Source: a virus
Reading direction: 5' to 3' (one strand)
Length of the DNA: 64,000 nt
Virus record (IMG/VR): IMGVR_UViG_3300000976_000011
Span: 1-64,000 of that record
In this document: positions 57,400-63,737 of the stretch, one piece after another
How positions within the stretch are numbered: position 1 is the first letter of the stretch
Layout of the letters: the number at the start of each line of letters is the position of its first letter
The notes under the pieces: generated by a model
Database searches by the model: none
Seen by the model: the letters and a program-made list of their open reading frames with translations, nothing else
Told to the model about the DNA's origin: nothing
Made by a program: the position numbers and the translations under genes

Positions 57400-57576
57400 A
57401 TGAAAACAACAAACGAAATTTTAAATGATACTTTAGAAGATTTACAAGAAGCATTAGTTTTAGCAGGCGGTAAATTTTTCCGTAGAGAAGAATTGTTAAA
57501 TATGCCAGTAGATGAATTATTTGCTATGTGTATTTCTAATAAAATTAAATTAAAAATTAAATTTATTTCAAAATAA
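57400..57576 (+). CDS. small hypothetical protein (58 aa)
   Basis: ORF between two early promoters. Confidence 0.55.
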   Translation: MKTTNEILNDTLEDLQEALVLAGGKFFRREELLNMPVDELFAMCISNKIKLKIKFISK

Positions 57577-57577
57577 T

Positions 57578-57622
57578 GTTTACATTGTGATTTAAATAGT
57601 ATATAATGTATTCATCAGTTAG
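57578..57622 (+). promoter_or_regulatory. sigma70-type early promoter
   Basis: GTTTACA-17 nt-TATAAT followed by ATCAGTTAG. Confidence 0.85.
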
Positions 57623-57650
57623 ATAAATAAATTTAACTAAACAGAATTAT

Positions 57651-57698
57651 GCCGTAGTTGTACGAATGTAGGTGGTCTGAATCCACCCTACGGCGCCA
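57651..57698 (+). ncRNA. 48-nt minihelix tRNA-like RNA
   Basis: GCCGTAG/CTACGGC acceptor, GGTGG-TCTGAAT-CCACC T arm, G73, CCA; 13-nt connector only. Confidence 0.75.
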
Positions 57699-57714
57699 AT
57701 TTTGATATTATAAT

Positions 57715-57789
57715 GCGGAGAAGTATTGGTTATACAAACTGAAGATTAATATTTCAGTTATCAGGTTCGATTCCTAGGCTCCGTGAACA
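57715..57789 (+). ncRNA. degenerate tRNA-like element
   Basis: GCGGAG/CTCCGT, D-like arm, 8-bp central stem, GGTTCGATTCC; no CCA. Confidence 0.55.
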
Positions 57790-57830
57790 TTTGTGAGTTA
57801 ATAGGCAAGGTTATAATATTAAATTTTTCT

Positions 57831-57889
57831 GATTAATTAGGTTCAAATTTGATTAAGAACCAACTGAGGTCACCTAATTAGTCTTTTTT
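57831..57889 (+). terminator. terminator-like stem with large loop
   Basis: GATTAATTAGGT/ACCTAATTAGTC followed by T6. Confidence 0.5.
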
Positions 57890-57896
57890 AAAGTTT

Positions 57897-57904
57897 TATA
57901 AATA
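57897..57904 (+). promoter_or_regulatory. T4-type late promoter
   Basis: TATAAATA. Confidence 0.85.
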
Positions 57905-57909
57905 GATAT

Positions 57910-58014
57910 ATGAATTATACAAATACAATCAGACCGACGAATATCGCTACTAAAGAACTGACAGTAGTGGAATATCGCGCGAATCCTATCTTTGATAAGG
58001 AGTCTGGAAGTTAA
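57910..58014 (+). CDS. putative attenuator leader peptide MNYTNTIRPTNIATKELTVVEYRANPIFDKESGS (right tRNA cluster)
   Basis: Leaderless position; codons 2-31 all cognate to downstream tRNAs; stop codon overlaps antiterminator. Confidence 0.85.
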   Translation: MNYTNTIRPTNIATKELTVVEYRANPIFDKESGS

Positions 58015-58072
58015 GTAGGTAAATACAATAGTATTTTAAGAGCCTACTTATTAATTTAAGTAGGCTTTTTTT
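58012..58072 (+). terminator. mutually exclusive antiterminator (58012-58050) and terminator (58041-58072)
   Basis: TAAGTAGGT pairs with GCCTACTTA; terminator AGCCTACTTA/TAAGTAGGCT followed by T run. Confidence 0.88.
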
Positions 58073-58085
58073 AACACAAAATAAT

Positions 58086-58161
58086 GGTCACGTAGCTTAG
58101 CGGCAAAAGCACTCCCCTGTCAAGGGAGTAGACGAGAGTTCGAATCTCTTCGTGACCGCCA
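58086..58161 (+). tRNA. tRNA-Asp(GTC)
   Basis: Cloverleaf; CTGTCAA; CCA. Confidence 0.96.
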
Positions 58162-58165
58162 AAAT

Positions 58166-58240
58166 GTACTTGTAGCTGAGATGGATTAGCGTTAGGTTGA
58201 AGCCCTAAAGACGGAGGATCGTTACCTCCCGAGTACACCA
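58166..58240 (+). tRNA. tRNA-Phe(GAA)
   Basis: Cloverleaf; TTGAAGC; CCA. Confidence 0.93.
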
Positions 58241-58248
58241 AGTTTCAT

Positions 58249-58324
58249 TCCTTAGAAGTTCACCAGGTAGAACGCCGGACTGTTAATCCGGATGTTGGGA
58301 GTTCGAGTCTCTCCTAGGGAGCCA
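58249..58324 (+). tRNA. tRNA-Asn(GTT)
   Basis: Cloverleaf; CTGTTAA; CCA. Confidence 0.95.
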
Positions 58325-58329
58325 ATTTT

Positions 58330-58420
58330 ATTGGTAGTTATAGTACTGCACTAGCTCAGAAAGCACGCGAGGCAACGTATACCTCTTGCATGATCGGGAA
58401 AAACTTGAGTAACTATCAAT
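58330..58420 (+). ncRNA. unidentified multibranch RNA
   Basis: ATTGGTAGTTA/TAACTATCAAT closing stem with about four internal hairpins. Confidence 0.6.
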
Positions 58421-58422
58421 AC

Positions 58423-58497
58423 AGTCGATTAGTTTAATGGCTAAAACCCCGAACTGATAATTCGGAGAAGAAGGATCGAGACCTTCATCGACTACCA
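58423..58497 (+). tRNA. tRNA-Ile(GAT)
   Basis: Cloverleaf; CTGATAA; CCA. Confidence 0.94.
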
Positions 58498-58535
58498 CTT
58501 TTAACTTTTTATAAATAATAATAAAGTTAAAAGTT

Positions 58536-59222
58536 ATGAACTATAAAAAGATATACGATTCTCTAATTGAAAGAGGATCGAATAGAAAATTAGAGTGCTA
58601 TAAAGAATCTCATCATATCCTACCTAGATGTATAGGAGGAACAGATGAAAAAGATAATTTAGTAGAATTAACCCCAGAAGAGCATTATTTAGCTCACCAA
58701 TTGTTAGTTAAAATTTATCCAGACGAAGCTAAGTTAGTTTATGCTGCTAATATGATGATTCCTAATAGATCGTCTAATAAAATGTATGGTTGGTTAAGAA
58801 GGAGATTCTCTAAAGAAATATCTATTAATCAAAAAGGTAAAGGTAATTCTCAAGCTAACACTTTTTGGGTAAGTAATATAAATGAAAGAAAAAACCTGAA
58901 ACTTAAAAAGGGTGATGATATTCCTTTAAATTACTTACCAGGTAGAAATCTTTGGAAAGAATTAGATAGGCAGTATGAATTAGAAAGAAACAAAGAAATA
59001 AAATTACAAAATAATATAGATAAAGCTAAAAAATACTATTTACTTTTTTGTGATTCTAATTATAATTCTTTAAAATCATTTGGAGAATCAAACATGTATC
59101 CGCATTCGTATATAAGTTTGTATAAGCTCTGGAAAAAATATTTGCCGGAATATAATGAAATATCCGGTCAAGGTAAAAGCATTAAAAAGATAATGGGGTG
59201 TAGCTCAGAGGCAGAGCAGTAG
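58536..59222 (+). CDS. HNH homing endonuclease in tRNA cluster
   Basis: ESHHILPRC.GG.D..NLV.LTPEEHYLAHQLL; TATAAATA at 58510; 3' end overlaps tRNA-Lys. Confidence 0.92.
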   Translation: MNYKKIYDSLIERGSNRKLECYKESHHILPRCIGGTDEKDNLVELTPEEHYLAHQLLVKIYPDEAKLVYAANMMIPNRSSNKMYGWLRRRFSKEISINQKGKGNSQANTFWVSNINERKNLKLKKGDDIPLNYLPGRNLWKELDRQYELERNKEIKLQNNIDKAKKYYLLFCDSNYNSLKSFGESNMYPHSYISLYKLWKKYLPEYNEISGQGKSIKKIMGCSSEAEQ

Positions 59223-59268
59223 ACTTTTAATCTATTGGACGGGATTTCGAAATTCCCTACCCCAACCA
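59194..59268 (+). tRNA. tRNA-Lys(TTT)
   Basis: Cloverleaf; CTTTTAA; CCA. Confidence 0.94.
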
Positions 59269-59278
59269 AATATTAAAC

Positions 59279-59368
59279 GCGTAGACTGAGCATTGGCGAG
59301 CTCAAGTGGCTGTAACCCACCCGCATATAAATAAGTCTGTATAGGTTCAACTCCTATTCTGCGCACCA
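59279..59368 (+). tRNA. tRNA-Tyr(GTA)
   Basis: Class II; CTGTAAC; CCA. Confidence 0.92.
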
Positions 59369-59376
59369 CAATATAA

Positions 59377-59452
59377 GCACTTGAAGCATTTATTGGATGA
59401 TGCCCGGTTTTGTAATCCGGTGAATACGGCTCGATTCCGTACTAGTGCTCCA
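59377..59452 (+). tRNA. tRNA-Thr(TGT)
   Basis: Cloverleaf; TTTGTAA; CCA. Confidence 0.88.
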
Positions 59453-59455
59453 AAA

Positions 59456-59576
59456 TTTAGTAATCGCTTGAATGTGATAATGAATTAATATTAAACATGT
59501 CAATGATATTATGAATTTATTGCTTGGATAAAGCACTAGGCAACTAGAGCTGATGGTTCGAATCCATCTTACTAAA
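59456..59576 (+). ncRNA. enlarged tRNA-like RNA
   Basis: TTTAGTAA/TTACTAAA stem, GATGG-TTCGAAT-CCATC T arm, extra hairpins. Confidence 0.65.
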
Positions 59577-59589
59577 TAAAAATTTGCAA

Positions 59590-59720
59590 ATAGCTCGAAC
59601 TGAACCAGAAATGGTCGGACAAGATACCCGATAAGTGGTCGTGGCAGTGCCGGTAAAGTCTTAAATCAGGAAGTCATTGATTTTGAATGACTAATTCATT
59701 CTATCTAGAGAATGAATTTT
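59590..59720 (+). ncRNA. unidentified structured RNA
   Basis: GC-rich; ACCA-GAAA-TGGT, AGTCATT/AATGACT and AATTCATTCT/AGAATGAATT hairpins. Confidence 0.5.
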
Positions 59721-59722
59721 AT

Positions 59723-59797
59723 GAATCGGAAGGCAAATGGTTAGCCATCACACTTTCAATGTGACGTTAGCGGGTTCGAACCCCGTCCGGTTCTCCA
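59723..59797 (+). tRNA. tRNA-Glu(TTC)
   Basis: Cloverleaf; CTTTCAA; CCA. Confidence 0.93.
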
Positions 59798-59805
59798 AAT
59801 TAAAT

Positions 59806-59912
59806 GTGATCTAAAGCCTATCATTTGAAGCTCAAACTTAGATTGGAGAATAAGGGTCTAAGGTGCTCTTTAAATACCAATATCACCTGAATGACGATTC
59901 AGGAATGATCAC
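59806..59912 (+). ncRNA. unidentified multibranch RNA
   Basis: GTGATC/GATCAC closure; CTTAGATT/GGTCTAAG and CCTGAAT/ATTCAGG hairpins. Confidence 0.55.
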
Positions 59913-59923
59913 TTTAGCCTTAT

Positions 59924-60001
59924 CTGTGTGTAGCTCAGTCAGGTCAGAGTCCTCGCCTTGGAAGCGAGAAGCCGTTGGTTCGAATCCAACCACGCAGACC
60001 A
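59924..60001 (+). tRNA. tRNA-Pro(TGG)
   Basis: Cloverleaf; CTTGGAA; CCA. Confidence 0.96.
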
Positions 60002-60008
60002 AATTTAT

Positions 60009-60092
60009 GCCTCTGTGGTGAAATGGAAAACACACTGGTTTTAGATGCCAGCGACGAAAGTCTTGTCGGTTCGAATCCGACCAGGGGTACCA
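60009..60092 (+). tRNA. tRNA-Leu(TAG)
   Basis: Class II; TTTAGAT; CCA. Confidence 0.95.
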
Positions 60093-60201
60093 AATTATTA
60101 TAAATATAATTGGATATTAATTTAATTAAGAGAAATTTATACCATTATCTGATGAATCAATTGTTTTCTTCACAGATAAACCTGGTTTAGTATAAACTTA
60201 C

Positions 60202-60273
60202 GCCCAAGGCAATTGGATGCACACCGGCCTACGAAGCTGGTTCTTATAGGTTCGAGTCCTATCTTGGGTGCCA
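60202..60273 (+). tRNA. tRNA-Arg(ACG), 5' D stem apparently truncated
   Basis: CTACGAA loop, T arm and CCA intact; about 4 nt missing after acceptor stem. Confidence 0.75.
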
Positions 60274-60280
60274 AATTAAT

Positions 60281-60349
60281 GGGGTTGCTAGATGGGCTAG
60301 ACTTGACATTTGCAATGTCGATGGCAGGGATCGTTACCCTGTAGCTCCA
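60281..60349 (+). tRNA. tRNA-Ala(TGC), reduced D arm, CCA not encoded
   Basis: G3:U70 pair; TTTGCAA loop; T arm. Confidence 0.75.
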
Positions 60350-60393
60350 AAAATTCTTATAAATATTATTGATTAAAATTTGAGATAAAATAC

Positions 60394-60687
60394 ATGAAAA
60401 CTAAATCAATAACTTATTCAACTTTATTAGCGCTTGCTTTAACAACTTCTACTACATTATCCGCTCCTTCTTTAGAGCGATGCGCAGATGTAATTAAAGG
60501 TGGGAAAAATTCTTGCGCGGTTAAATCTCTTGGTATTTCTTGCCAGGGTCAAGCGACTGACGACATAAATGCTCCAGAAGGAACTAAACCTAGAAAATTG
60601 GCTAAAGCTTGTAATAAAATTGCTGATCAAAATGATCATAAAATCACTGGTGGTAGATTGGTTGATAGATACGGCGAATCAATATGA
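60394..60687 (+). CDS. DUF2282 (bufferin-precursor-like) secreted Cys-rich protein
   Basis: Signal peptide, then ERC..V.K.GKNSC......SC.GQA....C.KI...GG; TATAAATA at 60358. Confidence 0.6.
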   Translation: MKTKSITYSTLLALALTTSTTLSAPSLERCADVIKGGKNSCAVKSLGISCQGQATDDINAPEGTKPRKLAKACNKIADQNDHKITGGRLVDRYGESI

Positions 60688-60923
60688 TAAACAAGCAGAC
60701 ATTTTATGATTTAGCCGATATATTTGACAGATTTAGAATATTTCCTATTTTAATGATGCTATGTTATGGATATTTTGTGTTTGATGTGTTTAATTGGATT
60801 AAATCATTAGAAACTATATCTTTAGAAGCAGCGGGTATATTTTCCACTGTTACTGGCGTAGCTGGATTTGTGTTCAATTTTTATACCAACTTATTAAGTA
60901 GGGAAGTAAAGAATGATAAATAA
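60684..60923 (+). CDS. small two-TM membrane protein (holin-like)
   Basis: RIFP..MM..Y, W...L, AG..S..TG. Confidence 0.6.
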   Translation: MINKQTFYDLADIFDRFRIFPILMMLCYGYFVFDVFNWIKSLETISLEAAGIFSTVTGVAGFVFNFYTNLLSREVKNDK

Positions 60924-61077
60924 AGGTGCAGTGTAACAATTATTAACTCAACAACGGTTAATATCAGAATAAAAGAACTAGAGAATTTAATAACTAATTG
61001 TAAGAATTATAAAAAGTTAAAAATTCTTGAGAAAGATCTAACATCCTTTAGATGTATAAAAATATTATTGGATAATA

Positions 61078-61404
61078 ATGGAAAAAGTACTTAGAGAGTG
61101 GCTAAACGAAGAAGATTCTTCAGATAATGGTTGGTTTAAATTCGAAATGGCTGCTGACTGTGAAGAAGTATATTGTGATTTAACTATAGCTGATTGTTCG
61201 AGATCTGTTCATTTATCTATTACTTGGGCTGAAGATGATTCTAAGTATCGAAAGAATTTAGAACAGGCTAAAGCTAAAATGGATAAACTTATCGAAGGTT
61301 TAGTAAGTTTTAGAAATGATTTCGATAAATTTCACGAACATTTCTTAGAAGAAAAAGATAAAGCTATTAAAAAACGAGAAGAAGCTAAAAATAAAGAAAA
61401 ATAA
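61078..61404 (+). CDS. hypothetical protein
   Basis: REWLN...IADC.RSV.L..K.D.L phage family pattern. Confidence 0.75.
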   Translation: MEKVLREWLNEEDSSDNGWFKFEMAADCEEVYCDLTIADCSRSVHLSITWAEDDSKYRKNLEQAKAKMDKLIEGLVSFRNDFDKFHEHFLEEKDKAIKKREEAKNKEK

Positions 61405-61406
61405 TC

Positions 61407-61451
61407 GTTTACAATATTATCCGGTAGTATATAATTATTCTATCAGTTAAA
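61407..61451 (+). promoter_or_regulatory. sigma70-type early promoter
   Basis: GTTTACA...TATAAT followed by ATCAGTTAAA. Confidence 0.85.
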
Positions 61452-61458
61452 CAAATAT

Positions 61459-61544
61459 ACCCTTTGTTCCTGACATCGGTCTTCTAAACCGATCCTTTAA
61501 TGTTAGGTGGTAAGTGTGAGGTTCGATTCCTCCAGAGGGTGCCA
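61459..61544 (+). tRNA. non-canonical tRNA-Arg(TCT)-like RNA with rearranged D region
   Basis: Acceptor ACCCTTT(G)/(C)AGAGGGT, TCGGT-CTTCTAA-ACCGA arm, T loop TTCGATT, G73, CCA. Confidence 0.75.
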
Positions 61545-61548
61545 TAAT

Positions 61549-61712
61549 ACTCGGGAGCACAGTGGATGACCGTTATCATCACGACTGAGGTATTAGTACA
61601 GTTCCAAAATTTGTACTCTAAGTCTATGATTCTTAGGTTAAAAATCATCTTTTAACAATAGGTAAATTGTGAGCTAAGATTGATAGCTGGTTATCGAAAC
61701 GTAAATTCGAGT
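61549..61712 (+). ncRNA. unidentified multibranch RNA (about 165 nt)
   Basis: ACTCGGG/TTCGAGT closure with five or more hairpins. Confidence 0.6.
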
Positions 61713-61759
61713 TAGGAAAAGTAGTGTCAACGTTCCTTGCCTAAATCTAGAACAAATAT

Positions 61760-61836
61760 CGCGGTTGTAGGAAGGGTGGTCCCTACTGAGGCTCATAACC
61801 TTTAGTTACCTAGTTCGATTCTAGCCTCCGCTACCA
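61760..61836 (+). tRNA. tRNA-Met(CAT), initiator-like, imperfect stems
   Basis: C1 mismatch; CTCATAA loop; CCA. Confidence 0.7.
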
Positions 61837-61837
61837 A

Positions 61838-61914
61838 CGAGATAAGGCGAACAAGGTGGACGCACTAGATTCATAACCTAGTTATGGCTGATTCGATTTC
61901 AGCTATCTCGACCA
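61838..61914 (+). tRNA. tRNA-Met/Ile2(CAT)
   Basis: Cloverleaf; TTCATAA; CCA. Confidence 0.9.
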
Positions 61915-61923
61915 AAACTACAT

Positions 61924-62042
61924 ACACGGGTCTGGTACTGTTAGGTTCTTCGAAGGCCGACCAGAGGACATCGCGTAATAGGATAATATACTAGTACCTT
62001 GCTTCCTATTGATTAGGGGTTCGATTCCTCTTCTGTGTACCA
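61924..62042 (+). ncRNA. 119-nt tRNA-like RNA
   Basis: ACACGGG/TCTGTGT acceptor, AGGGG-TTCGATT-CCTCT T arm, CCA; two long arms. Confidence 0.75.
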
Positions 62043-62049
62043 TTATTAG

Positions 62050-62164
62050 CGTCGGAAAGCATTTGCAAAGATCAATTAAGAAGAGAGGGCAGTTACCCGA
62101 GATCATAGGTTGATGCGCCAGGTAGCTCCTGAGAAGTTAGGTTCGAATCCAACTCCGACGGCCA
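62050..62164 (+). ncRNA. 115-nt tRNA-like RNA
   Basis: CGTCGGA/TCCGACG acceptor, GGTTCGAATCC, CCA; non-cloverleaf interior. Confidence 0.75.
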
Positions 62165-62166
62165 TT

Positions 62167-62394
62167 ATGAAATATAAGTATGAAGTTAAAATAGTTCCTG
62201 AACTTCCTAATGGAATGGAACCCGCTTGCAGAGTTTTATCAGAAACTGAAGTATTATTTTTGATAGATATATCTTATAGAAAGGATAAAACTGAGAAAGA
62301 GATTGTTTCGAATCTGATGCAATTTACTAAAGGTTTTGTTAATCCTGCTTTAATTGTAAAAGTATTAAGAAATTATCAAAGGAATTTATTATGA
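62167..62394 (+). CDS. hypothetical protein
   Basis: Start trimmed to exclude the ncRNA. Confidence 0.6.
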   Translation: MKYKYEVKIVPELPNGMEPACRVLSETEVLFLIDISYRKDKTEKEIVSNLMQFTKGFVNPALIVKVLRNYQRNLL

Positions 62395-62705
62395 AAAAGA
62401 TTTTTATTTTATCCCTGATTATTTTATCAGGATGTGTAGAACCAAGTTTTAGATTTATACATACTAAAGCTAAAGTTTCAGAACAAGGTATTTGTATAGA
62501 AGACGAATGCTCATATAAAATAAAAACTGAATTAGGTGAAAATGATTTTATAAATATAAGAAGTCCCGCTTCGGTTGGTCAAACTGTTTATAAGATCTGT
62601 AGAAGTAAAAAGAATAAAATATATAATTGTGGTTGGTACGTAGAAAACGACCTAAGATATATTAATTTAGAAGAAAAACCAAGCTCGATTAGCTCAGTCA
62701 GGTAG
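62391..62705 (+). CDS. lipoprotein
   Basis: LSGC lipobox. Confidence 0.7.
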   Translation: MKKIFILSLIILSGCVEPSFRFIHTKAKVSEQGICIEDECSYKIKTELGENDFINIRSPASVGQTVYKICRSKKNKIYNCGWYVENDLRYINLEEKPSSISSVR

Positions 62706-62760
62706 AGCTCTGTCCTTACAAGTCAGGTAAGCAATGGTTCGAATCCATTATCGAGTACCA
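62683..62760 (+). tRNA. tRNA-Val(TAC)
   Basis: Cloverleaf; CTTACAA; CCA. Confidence 0.93.
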
Positions 62761-62780
62761 ATTTTTACAATGAGTATATT

Positions 62781-63080
62781 ATGTTCAAATTCTTCAAGAA
62801 GAAACCAAAATATCCCACCAAAAATAATCCTACCACTTTTGAAATACATAGTGGATGGGGAGATAATATCAGTTGGTTAAATACCGAACAATTTAATAAT
62901 TATACGGAAGATACCATCTTTAAAGTTTATGGTCATCTACCATTTGAATTTCCAGAAGTAGGCGATCTACTCGAAGGATATTTTGAATCAGGTGAAGTAA
63001 TGTTTAAATTTATAAAGGTTCAAAGAAAATCTGATCCTAGAGATATGTTTTTCGCAGAGGTTGTATTACATGAAGGTTAA
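62781..63080 (+). CDS. hypothetical protein
   Basis: GWGD.I, P.VGD, DPRDMFFA motifs. Confidence 0.7.
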   Translation: MFKFFKKKPKYPTKNNPTTFEIHSGWGDNISWLNTEQFNNYTEDTIFKVYGHLPFEFPEVGDLLEGYFESGEVMFKFIKVQRKSDPRDMFFAEVVLHEG

Positions 63081-63291
63081 AACTCTATATTCTGAATTAG
63101 AGATAATTCATAAAGGTGGACAAGAGCTAGTTGAGAGTTCAGTTGATGCTACGTTCCAAACGCGATTTGGCATTTGTTTATCTTTATTAAAGCCAATGGA
63201 ATTAGAAAGAACCAAATTCTTACAAGATATAATTGATGGAAAAATTAAAGGAGCTGAAGCTAGAAGAATAGCAATTCAGAAATTTACATAA
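63070..63291 (+). CDS. hypothetical protein
   Basis: Packed ORF. Confidence 0.55.
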   Translation: MKVKTLYSELEIIHKGGQELVESSVDATFQTRFGICLSLLKPMELERTKFLQDIIDGKIKGAEARRIAIQKFT

Positions 63292-63737
63292 TGAATAGTA
63301 TTCCTTTAGTCGCTTATAGCATTAATAATATGTATTTCATGGGAATTCAAGCTGGAATTCAAGCATATCATAGTTGTATAGAATTAGGTCAATTTTGCCA
63401 TAAACTAGGACCAGGAAACGAAAACCGATCTATTGGTAAATTACACTTTGACTTTCATGGTATTTATTCAGATTGGGCAGATAATCATAAAAGTGTATCT
63501 ATTCTTAATGGCGGTACTAGAAACAATCTTGAAGAACTTGCTAGTATTATAGAAAGATCATCATTTCCATCTAAAAGGTTTTATGAAAGGGATTGTTCTG
63601 AAGATGCATTTAGTAGTATCACGGTTGTATGTCCTAATGTCAGAGACATTTTGAAAAGAAAATATTTACACAAATTTATATCTAATGAAGATTATTGTAT
63701 GTTTGAACATTTAGTTTCATTGAGGGTCGCAACTTGA
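63291..63737 (+). CDS. PTH2-like peptidyl-tRNA hydrolase family protein
   Basis: GIQAGIQA.H, W...HK....LNGG, F.E.D....S.I.V. Confidence 0.65.
   Translation: MNSIPLVAYSINNMYFMGIQAGIQAYHSCIELGQFCHKLGPGNENRSIGKLHFDFHGIYSDWADNHKSVSILNGGTRNNLEELASIIERSSFPSKRFYERDCSEDAFSSITVVCPNVRDILKRKYLHKFISNEDYCMFEHLVSLRVAT

Noticed and set aside
59306-59335. TATAAATA within the tRNA-Tyr variable arm as an internal late promoter bypassing the attenuator
   Set aside because: Plausible by chance in AT-rich DNA and unsupported without TSS data; the endonuclease promoter at 58510 is a more credible partial bypass.
57800-59912. Known self-cleaving ribozymes (hammerhead, HDV-like/theta) among the spacer RNAs
   Set aside because: I could not place the CUGAnGA/GAAA core or a nested double pseudoknot by eye; left unassigned pending an Infernal search.
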